NCBI RefSeq assembly: GCF_006345805.1
Contig: NW_021837043.1
Location: 3,243 to 67,242, forward strand
DNA length: 64,000 nt
Direction: 5' to 3'
Origin: Octopus sinensis
Lineage: Eukaryota
Shown here: positions 51,766-64,000 of the stretch, piece after piece
Position numbering within the stretch: the stretch's first letter is position 1
How the letters are laid out: every line of letters begins with the position of its first letter
Translations under genes and position numbers: made by a program
The notes under the pieces: generated by a model
What the model saw: only the letters and a program-made list of their open reading frames with translations
What the model was told of the DNA's origin: nothing
Databases searched by the model: none

Positions 51766-52053
51766 TTAGAAGTAGTCGGGAAAATTGTGCCGTTGTTGAT
51801 GATAAGAGTTGGTCTCAACAGTATTTTTGATAATGTTTGTCGGGCGAAGTAGTGCAGAGATAAATACTTGTCGGTTTATTGACACAGAAATCTGATATAT
51901 CATTCCAGGCATTTTACACTCCGCTATCCTCTTGAGTATCATTGAACAAGTACATAAACATCGCAGTTTTTCATAATCGACGAAAACCACACGTCCACGT
52001 CTACAAATCCTACCAAATGAGGTATGTGCTTCAGGTTTCATTTGTTTAAATTT
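51766..52053 (-). CDS. Unidentified gene, probable terminal exon (95 aa plus stop; an internal donor at 51867 is an alternative)
   Basis: Acceptor tttctcatctcag|AAA, phase 0; open, non-repetitive frame KFKQMKPEAHTSFGRICRRGRVVFVDYEKLRCLCTCSMIL... Confidence 0.55.
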   Translation of the reverse strand, partial: KFKQMKPEAHTSFGRICRRGRVVFVDYEKLRCLCTCSMILKRIAECKMPGMIYQISVSINRQVFISALLRPTNIIKNTVETNSYHQQRHNFPDYF

Positions 52054-52469
52054 CTGAGATGAGAAATTATATACGCTGGGCAAAATGCTTAGCGGAAATT
52101 TCCTCCGTCTCTATGCTCTGAGTTCAAACTCTACCGGGGTCGACTTTGCCTTTCATCCTTTCAGGGGTCGATAAAATAAGTTTCAGTTGAGCACTGGGGT
52201 CGATATAATCTATTTCTTTACTACCCACAAGGGGCTAAACACAGAGAGGACAAACAAGGACAGACAAACGGATTAAGTCGATTACATCGATCCCAGTGCG
52301 TAACTGCTACTTCATTTATCGACCCCGAAAGGATGAAAGGCAAAGTTGACCTCGGTGGAATTTGAACTCAGTACGCATTTCGCCCGGCGTGCTAACGTTT
52401 CTGCCAGCTCGCCGCGATATAATCGTCTAATACCCGTACCCGCCAATTTCAGGCCTTCTGCCTATAATA

Positions 52470-53035
52470 TTGGGTTGTCCGGAAAGTTCGTGCCGATTTA
52501 TAGTAGCTTACATTTCGACTTATTTTAGAACATGGTTGAGTCCATAAAATAGGATTTGACTACACCTCCATTTAGAGCACAGTTTAAGCTATCTTTTCGT
52601 CGAAGAAGGTTGATGTTCCTCTAACCTGTGTTAATTTTGTAACCCTTTAAAATGGAAGATAAGAAAGTTCATTTTCGGCACTTGATGCTTTGGGAACCAG
52701 ACAAAAATTGCTGCAGCTTGGCTGGGATGTGTTACCCCATCCTCCATATTCACCAGATATTGCTCCTTCGGATTTCCACTTATTCAGGTCTCTGCAGAAT
52801 AGTCTTAATGGTAAAAATTTCAATTCCTTGGATGACATAAAAAGATACCTTGATGAATTCCTTGCCATGAAACCACCTCAATTCTGGGAAGAGGGTATTT
52901 TCAAGTTAAAGGAAAGATGGAGACGCATTGTGCAACAAAATGGTTCATATTTGGTTGATTAAAAATGTAATGGCAAGTATTTATTGACCTTCTTCTTTCC
53001 TTAGAAAATCGGCACGAACTTTCCGGACAACCCAA
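52470..53035 (+). mobile_element. Internally deleted mariner element (566 bp)
   Basis: Perfect 30-bp TIR TTGGGTTGTCCGGAAAGTTCGTGCCGATTT with TA TSD; the N-terminus MEDKKVHFRHLMLWE is joined out of frame to the C-terminus HPPYSPDIAPSDFHLF... Confidence 0.92.
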
Positions 53036-53455
53036 TAGAAAGGACTATTATACACATATACATTCCAACTAATGTCCTCATCTTAGTTGTTATAGAAACA
53101 GCATTTCAATCGTTCTGTGTTCAAGCCTTCATCAGACCCCTATCGTATTTGGTAACCTCTAAATACGATAGGGGTCGGAATTTTGTTGTGAACGTTGTGA
53201 GCAATATTTGGTTGACGAGAAATTCCTGGATGTCCGTTGGAGGCATCTTTCCTATTCATGGATGGTACACTTAATCAGTTACTTGGTTTTATACACTATT
53301 TGGCTGTTTGCAATCTTTAAAGGAAGGTACTCTGTTGTATGTACTTCAGTCTAGGTCTTCGATTTAAGGAGAAGTGCATTCTTCTTCACATTAGACTGGA
53401 ACGGTCCTGAAAGCATTTAGAGTGCTACCCTTCCTTCACTAACTCACCAATAAAA

Positions 53456-53600
53456 TACGAGGGAATGCTGAAAAGTTCCTAGCTTTGAATAAAAGAAAAT
53501 ACAGGAGGATCAGTTAATTATGATTTTATTCAACATATTCCCCTCCCAGATACGCACACTTATTGCAGTGGTCCTTCAGATTTTCTAAGCCATTTAAAAG
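53456..53600 (-). mobile_element. 3' end of another mariner element
   Basis: C-terminus ..NKCAYLGGEYVE* followed by TIR-like AGGAACTTTTCAGCATTCCCTCG+TA. Confidence 0.55.
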
Positions 53601-54087
53601 AACTCGGGCCTCCAACCAGGCCTTTCGCAATTCCCTTAAAGCCAGAAACCTTCCAGCATATCCTCGTAAATAATCCGAATTGTAAAAAAAAAAAAAATTA
53701 AGAAATGAGCCAATAGTTTTTGTCAACAATTTTATAAACATTCTTTAAAATAAAGTTTGTGTTAGATTCTCTGACAGACATAGTAATTTAGAAATTGCAA
53801 ATTTAATTAAACAGTTCAGAATACTAAAAAAATGTAACGCGTTAATAAAAAACTGAACACCACCGCTTTGTGTTTCGTCATTTATATCTAAACTTCACAG
53901 CTTTTAAAGTCCAGGATTTCTTGTGCATTTTTTTTTTAAAACAAGAGAAGAAATGAAGAAATGACATACGCCATGTCTATAATTTGGTATGTTGATTCTG
54001 TAATGAAGGAAACAAAAAAGATATGTTTATTGAGACAAAACGTATGATTTTCAGATTCACAGGAAGTTTTAGAAAACGAAAGTAGAT

Positions 54088-54334
54088 AAATCATCACTAC
54101 TCTACTGTGTGTTCTACCTGTCTATGAGTAGGGAACATCGAGGGGAGAGTCACACAGTCACCACAGTTTTTTAAATCATCACTACTCTACTGTGTGTTCT
54201 ACCTGTCTATGAGTAGGGAACATCGAGGGGAGAGTCACCACAGTCACCACAGTTTTTTAAATCATCACTACTCTACTGTGTGTTCTACCTGTCTATGAGT
54301 AGGGAACATCGAGGGGAGAGTCAGTCACCGCAGT
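54088..54334. repeat. Three tandem copies of an 85-86-bp unit
   Basis: AAATCATCACTACTCTACTG at 54088, 54173 and 54259. Confidence 0.9.
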
Positions 54335-54752
54335 TCTACAGGTATGAAAAGTGTTCCCGTTTGAAAAGAAAACTTGCCAAGATTTCTTAGTCATACAAAG
54401 TATTAAAAAAAACAAAATGTTCCTTCTCGAGCCATGCCAGGCTCATAAGGGCCGGTTTCCCGGTTTCAGTGGCTTAGAAATTCCCCCACCTGGACGGGAC
54501 GCCGGTCCGTCGCTGGATTACTCATTTTTGCCAGCTGAGTGGACTGGAACAACGTGAAAATGAAGTGTTTTGCTCAAGAAAACAACGCATCGTCCGGTCC
54601 AAGAATCGAAACCACAACATTACGATCATGAGTCCAACACCCTAACCACTAAGCCACGCGTCTCCACAAACAAAGTATTTAGTTTATTTTAATTTCAGAA
54701 TATTTGTTGATTGCAATAGGATTCTCAATAACACAAAACAAGCTATCATTTA

Positions 54753-54960
54753 CCGTATTTTCCGGCACACAAGTTGATGTAGTACATTGTTTAAGCATGA
54801 AGTGTAAACATTCAAACATTGTCACTATCTTCACAAATCCTGCCGAATTTCATATGGAAGCTTTCGTCCTTCAAAGTCGTCTTGGTGTTTTAGCCGACCT
54901 ACGGGTTTTTTTTTTTACTACAAACTTTGAAAACTTTGACTTGTTTGCCGGAAAGTACGG
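54753..54960. mobile_element. pogo/Tigger-type MITE
   Basis: TA+CCGTATTTTCCGGCA ... TGCCGGAAAGTACGG+TA. Confidence 0.65.
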
Positions 54961-55519
54961 TATACTAAAATGGTCTTAATTTTGATTTAGCATAAGAATT
55001 TGTTGTTGTTGTTGTTGTTGTTTAGTTTCCTGTACTCTTTTACTCTTTTACTTGTTTCAGCCATTTGACTGTGGCCATGCTGGAGCACCACCTTTAGTCG
55101 AGTCAATAGGTACTAGGACTTATTCTTTGTAAGCCTAGTACTTATTCTATCGGTCTCTTTTGCCGAACCGCTAATTTACGGGGACGTAAACACACCAACA
55201 TCAGTTGTCAAGTGATGTTGGAGGGACAAACACATACATACATACATACATACATACACACACATACACACGCACACACACACACACACATACGACGAGC
55301 TTCTTTCAGTTTCCGTCTACCAAATCCACTCACAAGGCTTTGGTCGGCCCGAGGCTATAGTAGAAGACACTTGCCCAAGGTTCCACGCAGTGGGATTGAA
55401 CCCGGGACCATGTGGTTGGTAAGCAAGCTACTTACCACACAGCCACTCCTGCGCCTATCTCAACATTTCACAATTGACTACTAATTAACAGTTACTTCAA
55501 CAGTGAAATGGGAACAAAC

Positions 55520-55890
55520 CTTTGATTGGATATCATCTGATTTATAAACCGATGTCATAGCATCTTCGTAAGTTGGTAAGGAAGAAGAATCTCCCAGAGT
55601 TTGGTGAGAGTAGCTTAAGTTGTTCCTGATATTGTTATTTGGTGTGTCGGATTGGTAAGAAACCGTTGAGAAAAGACTGTCAGTCTGCGAGAAGGCACTG
55701 TCAGTGGAAACACTTCTATCGATTCCTTTGTGTTGGTCACTTGAATCATCGTCATCATCGGAAGAAGAAGAATCGGACGAAAACTCAGACTTTGATGCCA
55801 AATTTGGTAAGCTTCCGACGGTGCTAACCATTGCTAACGATGCAAATTCACTAAGAGCTTTTAGTGCCAGACTGCTCCGTTTTCGTTTTT
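55520..55890 (-). CDS. Unidentified gene, internal Ser/Asp-rich exon (371 nt)
   Basis: Acceptor ctttctttttag|AA, phase 1; open frame KRKRSSLALKALSEFASLAMVSTVGSLPNL...LPTYEDAM..DIQSK; donor AAG|gtttgt, phase 0. Confidence 0.75.
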
Positions 55891-57696
55891 CTAAAAAGAA
55901 AGAAAAAAAGGAAAAAAAAAAAAAGAGAAATCAACGTAATAAAGTAATATTATTTTTCGTTTTTGGATTTGGTTTGTAAGATTCTTTATATGAGTTCGTG
56001 TGTTGAAGCATATTCCGTTGTGTCCGGGGTCACAAAAAGGCACGAAAAGAAAATTACTCTCCCCAGACACAACAGGAAGTAATATTAGATCAACAGCTTT
56101 ATTTACAAACTGATTTGCTTCACGCCATAAACTCTCCGTTGTCAGTCATCTTAAATTATTAAAAAGTCACACGCCATCATTATTAGTTTTCTAGAAGTTG
56201 ACTCTTAAACGTTTTACCAAAACAGGTCTTTCACCATTCTCTGAGTGTCTGATCCTAGTTTTACAGCTGGTAAACACTAAGAACCCCAGGAGAATCGGCA
56301 ATACTAGTAGTAGAGATATATATTTTGTTGTTAATTCAAACTATAGTGGAAGCGCAATGGCACAGTAGTTAGGGCAGCAGACTCGCGGTTGAAGGATCGC
56401 GGTTTCGATTCCCAGACCGGGCGTTGTGTGTGTTTATTGAGTGAAAACGCCTAAAAGCTCCACGATGCTCCGGCAGGGGGTGGTTGCGACCCCTATTGTA
56501 CTCTTTCGCCCCAACTTTCTTTCACTCTCTCTTCGTGTAGGCTTAGCTTGATAAAGCTAATTCTCTATTAGTAGGCAGTATTTTTTAATCCTCTCCGTAG
56601 AGATTATTCTGTGTAGAGGCCACAGCGTTAATAGTGTAGCGACTGCTGCAATCTTATTGCTGCGACCATGAAACTTATTTTTTCATAGTTTAGACAGATT
56701 TAACGACTTGAGACTAAGCTAGCCTCAAATCATTAAAGCCTTGTTGTAGAGTTTGATAAGCGGAATTGTGTAGAAGTCTTAGGGAGACCATTCTTGTTTT
56801 TTTTCGAATAATATGCATAGTCTGTCGCCTGATTTAATACCATCAATTGGCTCTTGAGTATCTTCAACAGGGCCCAGATTTCTTATTTCTTTATTGCCCA
56901 CAAGGGGCTAAATATAGAGGGGACAAACAAGGACAGACAAAGGAATTAAGTCGATTACATCGACCCAGTGCGCAACTGGTACTTATTTAATCGACCCCGG
57001 AAGGATGAAAGGCAAAGTCGACCTCGGCGGAATTTGAACCCAGAATGTAGTGGCAGACGAAATACCTATTTCTTTACTACCTACAAGGGGCTAAACACAG
57101 AGAGGACAAACAGGTACAAGACAAAGGAATTAAGTCGATTACATCGACCCCAGTGCGTAACTGGTACTTAATTTATCGACCCCAAAAGGATGAAAGGCAA
57201 AGTCGACCTCGGCGGAATTTGAACTCAGAGCGTAACGGCAGACGAAATACGGCTACGCATTTCGCCCGGCGTGCTAACGTTTCTGTCAGCTCGCATTCAG
57301 GCCAAAATTAAGGTCCGAAAATGATTTCATTCCATCAGTCTCTCAGGTCAAGGAAAAAAAAAAAAAAAAAAAAAGGTGCTCTCCTCTTGTAATTAAATCA
57401 TGTAAAAAGACAATGTGCTTCAGTATCTAATTTTGAAACGGGAACCCCCAAACAAGACCTTGTAAGCCCTGTGCTGTCTTTACTAACTCTAGATGCAACA
57501 TTTTTATACTCACAAGGCGAGCGCCATAGGGTGACATTTAGGTGAATTAATTCTTCGATCAATTTTTATTTCGTATTGGAAGCTAATTTATTCCATCTGC
57601 GTCCTTAGAAAACTACGTAAAAATCGCAGTCTTATTTTTTCTCGCGTATAGTACCGTAGACCCGTGTCTAAATAACGAATCACTACAAATACTCAC

Positions 57697-57775
57697 CAGC
57701 TGGCATACAAGCTGTAATCTGATATTCAGGAACTCCAAACTTCCGACAGACACCTTGAAGAGATTTGGTTTGCAC
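57697..57775 (-). CDS. Unidentified gene, internal 79-nt exon (VQTKSLQGVCRKFGVPEYQITACMPA)
   Basis: Acceptor ctatttccatag|GTG and donor G|gtgagt; the phase 1 end matches the next exon. Confidence 0.75.
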
Positions 57776-57969
57776 CTATGGAAATAGAGACAATACTTTA
57801 GTCATTTGAAACTACGAAAGATGATATCGCTACAAAAAAAATTATGTGAATTATTTCTCTTTAAAATCTCTAATTTCTGACAGTTACACTCAGTGATATT
57901 AAATCCTGTAAATAGACTGTCAAATAGCAAACTGCTGCGATATATATGAGGGGGAACGACCGAGGGAGT

Positions 57970-58081
57970 TGGCGAGAGAGAGAGAAAGAGAGAGAGAGAG
58001 AAAGGGGGAGAGAAAGAGAGAGAGAGAAAGAGAGAGAGAGAGAACGAGAGGAAAGAGATGAGGAGAGAGGGAGGGAGGAAG

Positions 58082-58119
<38 letters not shown>

Positions 58120-58372
58120 GAAAGAGATGGGGAGAGAGTGAGGGAGAGAGCGGGAGGGAGGAGAGAGAGAGACAGAGAAAGAGAAAAAGAGAATGACGTA
58201 AGGGAAAGAGAGAGGAGAGAGTGAGGGTGAGAGAAAGAATAAGGAAGAAAGTGAGGGAGAGAGAGAGGGAGTGGAGAGAGTGAGAGAAAGAGAGGGCGAG
58301 ACATTGAAAGAGAGAAAGAGACAGGGAGCGAATGAGAGAGAGAGAAAGACAGAGAGAAAGAGATGGTGAGTT

Positions 58373-58411
<39 letters not shown>

Positions 58412-58489
58412 CTTTGAAAGAGAGAAAGAGACAGGGAGCGAGCGAGCGAGCGAGAGAGAGAGACAGAGAGAAAGAAAGAGATGGTGAGG

Positions 58490-58520
<31 letters not shown>
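57970..58520. repeat. GA-rich polypurine tract; (GTA/GTG)n follows at about 58768-59019
   Basis: Read directly. Confidence 0.9.
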
Positions 58521-58885
58521 TGGCAAAAGAGATGTGAAAATAGGTCTTAATTACAGTAGAAATGATTACTTTTTGACTCATTATCCCTTTCTGGGTTTCT
58601 TGTTTTATTTGTAGCGGATATTATTAGCCAAGGGAGAAACTCCGACAAGATTTAAGCTAAAAAAATACGATTTTGTTTCTTCAAAATTTTGTTATTTCAT
58701 TGAAGTCTCAATTGTGTGATAAACATTCAAGTTTGACATCGAAAAGAGTTGAAACCATGAGCTGATAAGTAGTAGTAGTAGTAGTAGTAGTGGTAGTAGT
58801 AGTAGTGGTAGTGGTAGTAGTAGTAGTAGTGGTGGTAGTGGTAGTAGTAGTAGTAGTGGTGGTGGTGGTGGTAGTAGTAGTGGTA

Positions 58886-58952
<67 letters not shown>

Positions 58953-58971
58953 GGTAGTGGTAGTAGTAGTG

Positions 58972-59003
<32 letters not shown>

Positions 59004-59275
59004 GGTGGTGGTGGTGGTATCACCCGAGGCTCGTGTCCTTATCCAGCAGATTTACGGTCAAAAACGTTGTAACAGACTACGTTGTAGATCGGCGTCCCGT
59101 CCAGGTGGGGAACCTATACGCCAAGGAAACCGGGGAAACCGGCCCTTATGAGCCAGATGTGGCTCGAGAAGGAACAAACTATTTTGGTCTACATCAGTGG
59201 TTCCCAACCTTTTCACTATCAAGGACCTCTTTTATTTAAATGGGGTTTCCTATGAACTTATTTTGATATGCTTAT

Positions 59276-59333
<58 letters not shown>

Positions 59334-59511
59334 GAGGATTCACACACACAAAAAAAGACAAAGACAGGTAGTGTAGACAACAAACAGATGTATTAGTTTA
59401 ACGCTCGGGAAGTGAAAAAAGTCTTTAAAACGTTTCGAGCATACGCTCTTCCACAGAACGGAACACAGAAAGAAACAAGGAGAGAAAATAAAGAATGTGT
59501 AGTGGCTAGCG

Positions 59512-59550
<39 letters not shown>

Positions 59551-60292
59551 CTCCTTCTTATTTCTTTATTACCCACAAGGGGCTAAACACAGAGGGGACA
59601 AACAAGGACAGACAAACGGATTAAGTCGATTATATCGACCCCAGTGCGTAACTGGTACTTATTTAATCGACCCCGAAAGGATGAAAGGCAAAGTCGACCT
59701 CGGCGGAATTTGAACTCAGAAACGTAACGGCAGACGAAATACCGCTAAGCATTTCGCCCGGCGTGCTAACGTTTCTGCCAGCTCGCCACCTCGTTTGTGA
59801 ATCTGTATTGTCGCGGCAAAGCAACGAGATATGCCACGTAACCCACTTTTGCAAATCAGTGGCTCTGTTACGACAAAATGGGAAAGAAAAGTTGAAAGTC
59901 TTTGCATTATCGAAAAATTTGAGATCATAACGGCAGTCAGTTGAGTGTTTCTTTCATTGCAGTCGGAATTAAATATCAAGAGAGGACTTTTTACGGTGGC
60001 AGATTACTTTAGCTTCTTAATAGTGCGACACACACACATACATGCATGCATGTATACATACATACATACATACATACATACATGCATACATACATACATA
60101 CATACATACATACATGTATACATACATACGTGCATAAATACATATATACATACATACAGACATACGTACATACATATATACATACATACACACACACATA
60201 CATACATACATACATACATACATACATACATACATACATACATACATACATACATACATACATACATACATACATACATACATTCATACAGA

Positions 60293-60522
60293 CAGACAGA
60301 CAGACAGGAATACGTGCATAAATACATATATACATACATACATACATATACACACATATATACATACGTACATACATACATACACGCAAAAACACGTACA
60401 TATATGCACATACACACACACACGCGCGCGCGCGCGCACACACACATATATATAAACGCACACAGGCGTACATATCTAAACTCATTGTCACACATCCAAA
60501 TGCACCCACCTACTCGCATACA

Positions 60523-60561
<39 letters not shown>

Positions 60562-60942
60562 GTACCTGTATGTCTGTGTATGTCACATACACATACACAC
60601 GCACAATAACAAAAACTATATATGTTATATACAGACACGCCTCTTTTTACACTCACCCACATGACCTCCATGCATTCATCCACACCCACCCACACTAAAC
60701 ACCCCGACTCTGACAGACAGACAGACAGGAATACGTGCATAAATATATATACATACATACATACATATACACACATATATACATACGTACATACATACAT
60801 ACACGCAAAAACACGTACATATATGCACATACACACACACACGCGCGCGCGCGCGCCACACACACATATATATAAACGCACACAGGCGTACATATCTAAA
60901 CTCATTGTCACACATCCAAATGCACCCACCTACTCGCATACA

Positions 60943-60981
<39 letters not shown>

Positions 60982-61141
60982 GTACCTGTATGTCTGTGTA
61001 TGTCACATACACATACACACGCACATATACAAAAACGTATATATGTTATATACAGACACGCCTCTTTTTACACTCACACACATGACCTCACATGCATTCA
61101 TCCACACCCACCCACCTAAACACCCCGACTCTGACAGACAG
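60293..61141. repeat. Tandem duplication of a microsatellite mosaic (period about 420 bp), followed by (CA)n to about 61510
   Basis: CTCATTGTCACACATCCAAATGC at 60481 and 60901. Confidence 0.9.
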
Positions 61142-61302
61142 ACACACACACACACACACACACCACACACACACACACACACTCACACACACACCACACA
61201 CACACCACACTCACCACAAACGCACTCACACACACACACACACACACCACACACACACACACACACTCACACACACACCACTCGCACACACACACACACA
61301 CA

Positions 61303-61339
<37 letters not shown>

Positions 61340-61352
61340 ACACGCACACACT

Positions 61353-61383
<31 letters not shown>

Positions 61384-61472
61384 ACACACACACACACACA
61401 CGCACACACTCACACACACACTCACACACACACTCACACACACACACACACACTCACACTCACACACACACA

Positions 61473-61514
<42 letters not shown>

Positions 61515-61840
61515 TATCTGCGTTCATACGCACTCAAACATAGCTTCGCATGTACGATAATGCCGTTCATACAGGTACAAATACGTAAAATTATATATTT
61601 CATGAGTGCAGGTGTCTTTGAGTACCTGTGGTTTTTAAGTAAGCATATTTGTGATAACGTTTGTAAGTGTGTGTGTGTGTGTTGGCATGCAGGTGCTTAT
61701 AGAGTTAAAACGATTAAATGTGTGTTCATAATTAGTTACAAACAATTAATTTCACACACACACATACACACACACACACACACACGTATATACAGAGATA
61801 CATGTAAATATACACATGTATATATTGTTTATATATATAT

Positions 61841-61902
<62 letters not shown>

Positions 61903-61927
61903 ATATATGTATATGTATATATATTAC

Positions 61928-61976
<49 letters not shown>

Positions 61977-62299
61977 TACTATATTATATTATATATATAT
62001 ACGGGAAGGTTTACGAAAATAAACAAAGACGAAGGCAGGTGGAGTACAAACAAAACAATGTATTAGTATGGCGCTCAGGAATATAAATAAAACAAGTCTT
62101 TTACGTTTCGAGCCTACGCTCTTCGACAGAAAATATACACAGAAAAGAAACAAGGAGAGAAACAAGGAGAGAAACAGGAGAGAAAAAAAATTGCGTGTAG
62201 GGGGCTAACGATCCAACATGGCGTATATGTATAGTGGAGAGAGAGAAGGGGAGAGAGAGATATGTTGTTTACCTCTATCTATCTATCTATCTATCTATC

Positions 62300-62333
<34 letters not shown>

Positions 62334-62424
62334 ATCTATCCATCCATCATCCATCCATCCATCCATCCATCCATCCATCCATCCATCCATCTATCTTCTA
62401 TCTATCTATTTATTTTGATTTACA

Positions 62425-62489
<65 letters not shown>

Positions 62490-63692
62490 CATCCATCCAT
62501 CCATCCATCCGTCAATCCATCCATCCCTCCATCTGCTACGTTGTGAGTTCAAATTCCGCCGAGGTCGACTTTGCCTTTCATCCTTTCGGGGTCGATTAAA
62601 TAAGTACCAGTTACGCACTGGAGTCAATATAATCGACTTAATCCGTTTATCTGTCCTTGTTTATCCTCTCTGTGTTTAGCTCCTTGTGGGCAGTAAAGAA
62701 ATAAGAAATGAATTTACATGGAAATGAATTAGCTACAACGAATATTCAGTGTAATATATTTAGAAGACTAAAAGCAAAAATCTCAATGATTTCTCAGAAT
62801 CTCATTATTAATTTATACAGCAGTTTCCACACTTAAATACAAACATTATCAACCATATAACTACTGCATAATTAATACTAAAAAAAATTACATTAAATAA
62901 TTAATTTGAACGAGATGACTAAACTATTTCATTAAGTATATTTTTTCATTAAGTATGTTTTTTCATTAAATATATTCTTTCAGAAACGGCTACCTTTACT
63001 CATTAATTTTAATTAATTACGTATTTGTATATATCGTGTAATGTTATTAATGTCAGTATGTTAACTGTTGAAACTGTTATAGAACTTAATAATGAAATTT
63101 TTGGAACACGGCAATGTCTTGTTCATTATGCTTCTCATTATGTGTTTGACATATTTGCTGGAAATATATTGGCCAGAAGGCATTTTGTTTGAAAAACAAT
63201 TCAATCAAAAACATATTAGTCGACATCAGATACATCGAAAGCATTTTCGGAGAGAAACGGAAATATATCATATCTTCAAATCGAATGATTATTTTAAACA
63301 ATTTGTTTTAATTTCTATAATTATGAAAAACAAATTACTTATACACAAGCAAGGCACTTTATTCCACATTGCTCTAGTCAACTTAGTTTGCAAAGATGTG
63401 AAATAATTTGAATATTATGGAACCTCACTGTGGATTAAATAAGAATTTTCTTGTATTTTTATAATACGGGATACTCTTTACTCTTTTACTCTTTTACTTG
63501 TTCAGTCAGTCATTGACTGTGGCCGTGCTGAACACCGCCTTTTTTTAGTCGAACAAATCGACCCCAAGACTTATTCTTTGTAAGCCTAGTACTTATTCTA
63601 TCGGTCTCTTTTGCCGAACCGCTAAGTTACTGGGACGAAAACACACCAGCATCGGTTGTCAAGCGATGTTGGGGGGACAAATACAGACACAC

Positions 63693-63744
<52 letters not shown>

Positions 63745-64000
63745 TATATATACATATATACGATGGACTTCTTTCAGTTTCCGTCTACCAAATCCATTCA
63801 CAAGGCTTTGGTCGGCCCAAGGCTATAGCAGAAGACACTTGCGCAAGGTGTCACACAGTGGGAATGAACCTGGATATCCGTTTATATATTTATGTACACA
63901 TACATAACCGACGGTGGTGCCCCAGCATGGCCGTGGCCTTCGGGCTGAAACATTTTTAAGGATTTAAGGATACATAGATCTCGTGCAATACACACAAAAC

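Noticed and set aside
54704-54979. 91-aa ORF
   Set aside because: It spans a TA-flanked MITE with TIRs and has no coding signal.
63092-63406. 104-aa plus-strand ORF, or a minus-strand exon of the unknown gene
   Set aside because: AT-rich, no recognisable motif, and no phase-compatible splice pair found.

Overview
Eukaryotic, AT-rich, repeat-saturated genomic DNA. The SINE families and the very high microsatellite load point to an octopus (cephalopod) genome; this is inferred, not proven. Three spliced genes are supported. (1) A 135-aa PPC/DUF296-domain protein on the minus strand (exons 19798-19959, 14772-15017). (2) A PdxT/Pdx2/SNO glutaminase subunit of de novo vitamin B6 (PLP) synthase on the plus strand (exons 41244/41258-41605, 42460-42798; possible first exon 31733-31781), with an intact Cys-His-Glu triad. 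(3) An unidentified minus-strand gene with three in-frame exons (57697-57775, 55520-55890, 51766-52053). The rest is SINEs, decayed LINEs (RTE, CR1/L2, CRE clade), Tc1/mariner, hAT, piggyBac- and Merlin-type MITEs, satellites and microsatellites. Nearly all long ORFs in the supplied track are microsatellite or SINE artefacts. Main discoveries, all from manual reading: variant type-I hammerhead-ribozyme-like motifs with a shared non-canonical architecture in three unrelated (TA)n-associated repeat families; an animal vitamin B6 synthesis gene with a 390-bp hairpin just upstream of its main exon; a CRE-type retrotransposon with a twin-priming-like inversion; a piggyBac MITE expanded into a satellite; and a probable SINE-primed ectopic sequence capture across 34 kb.
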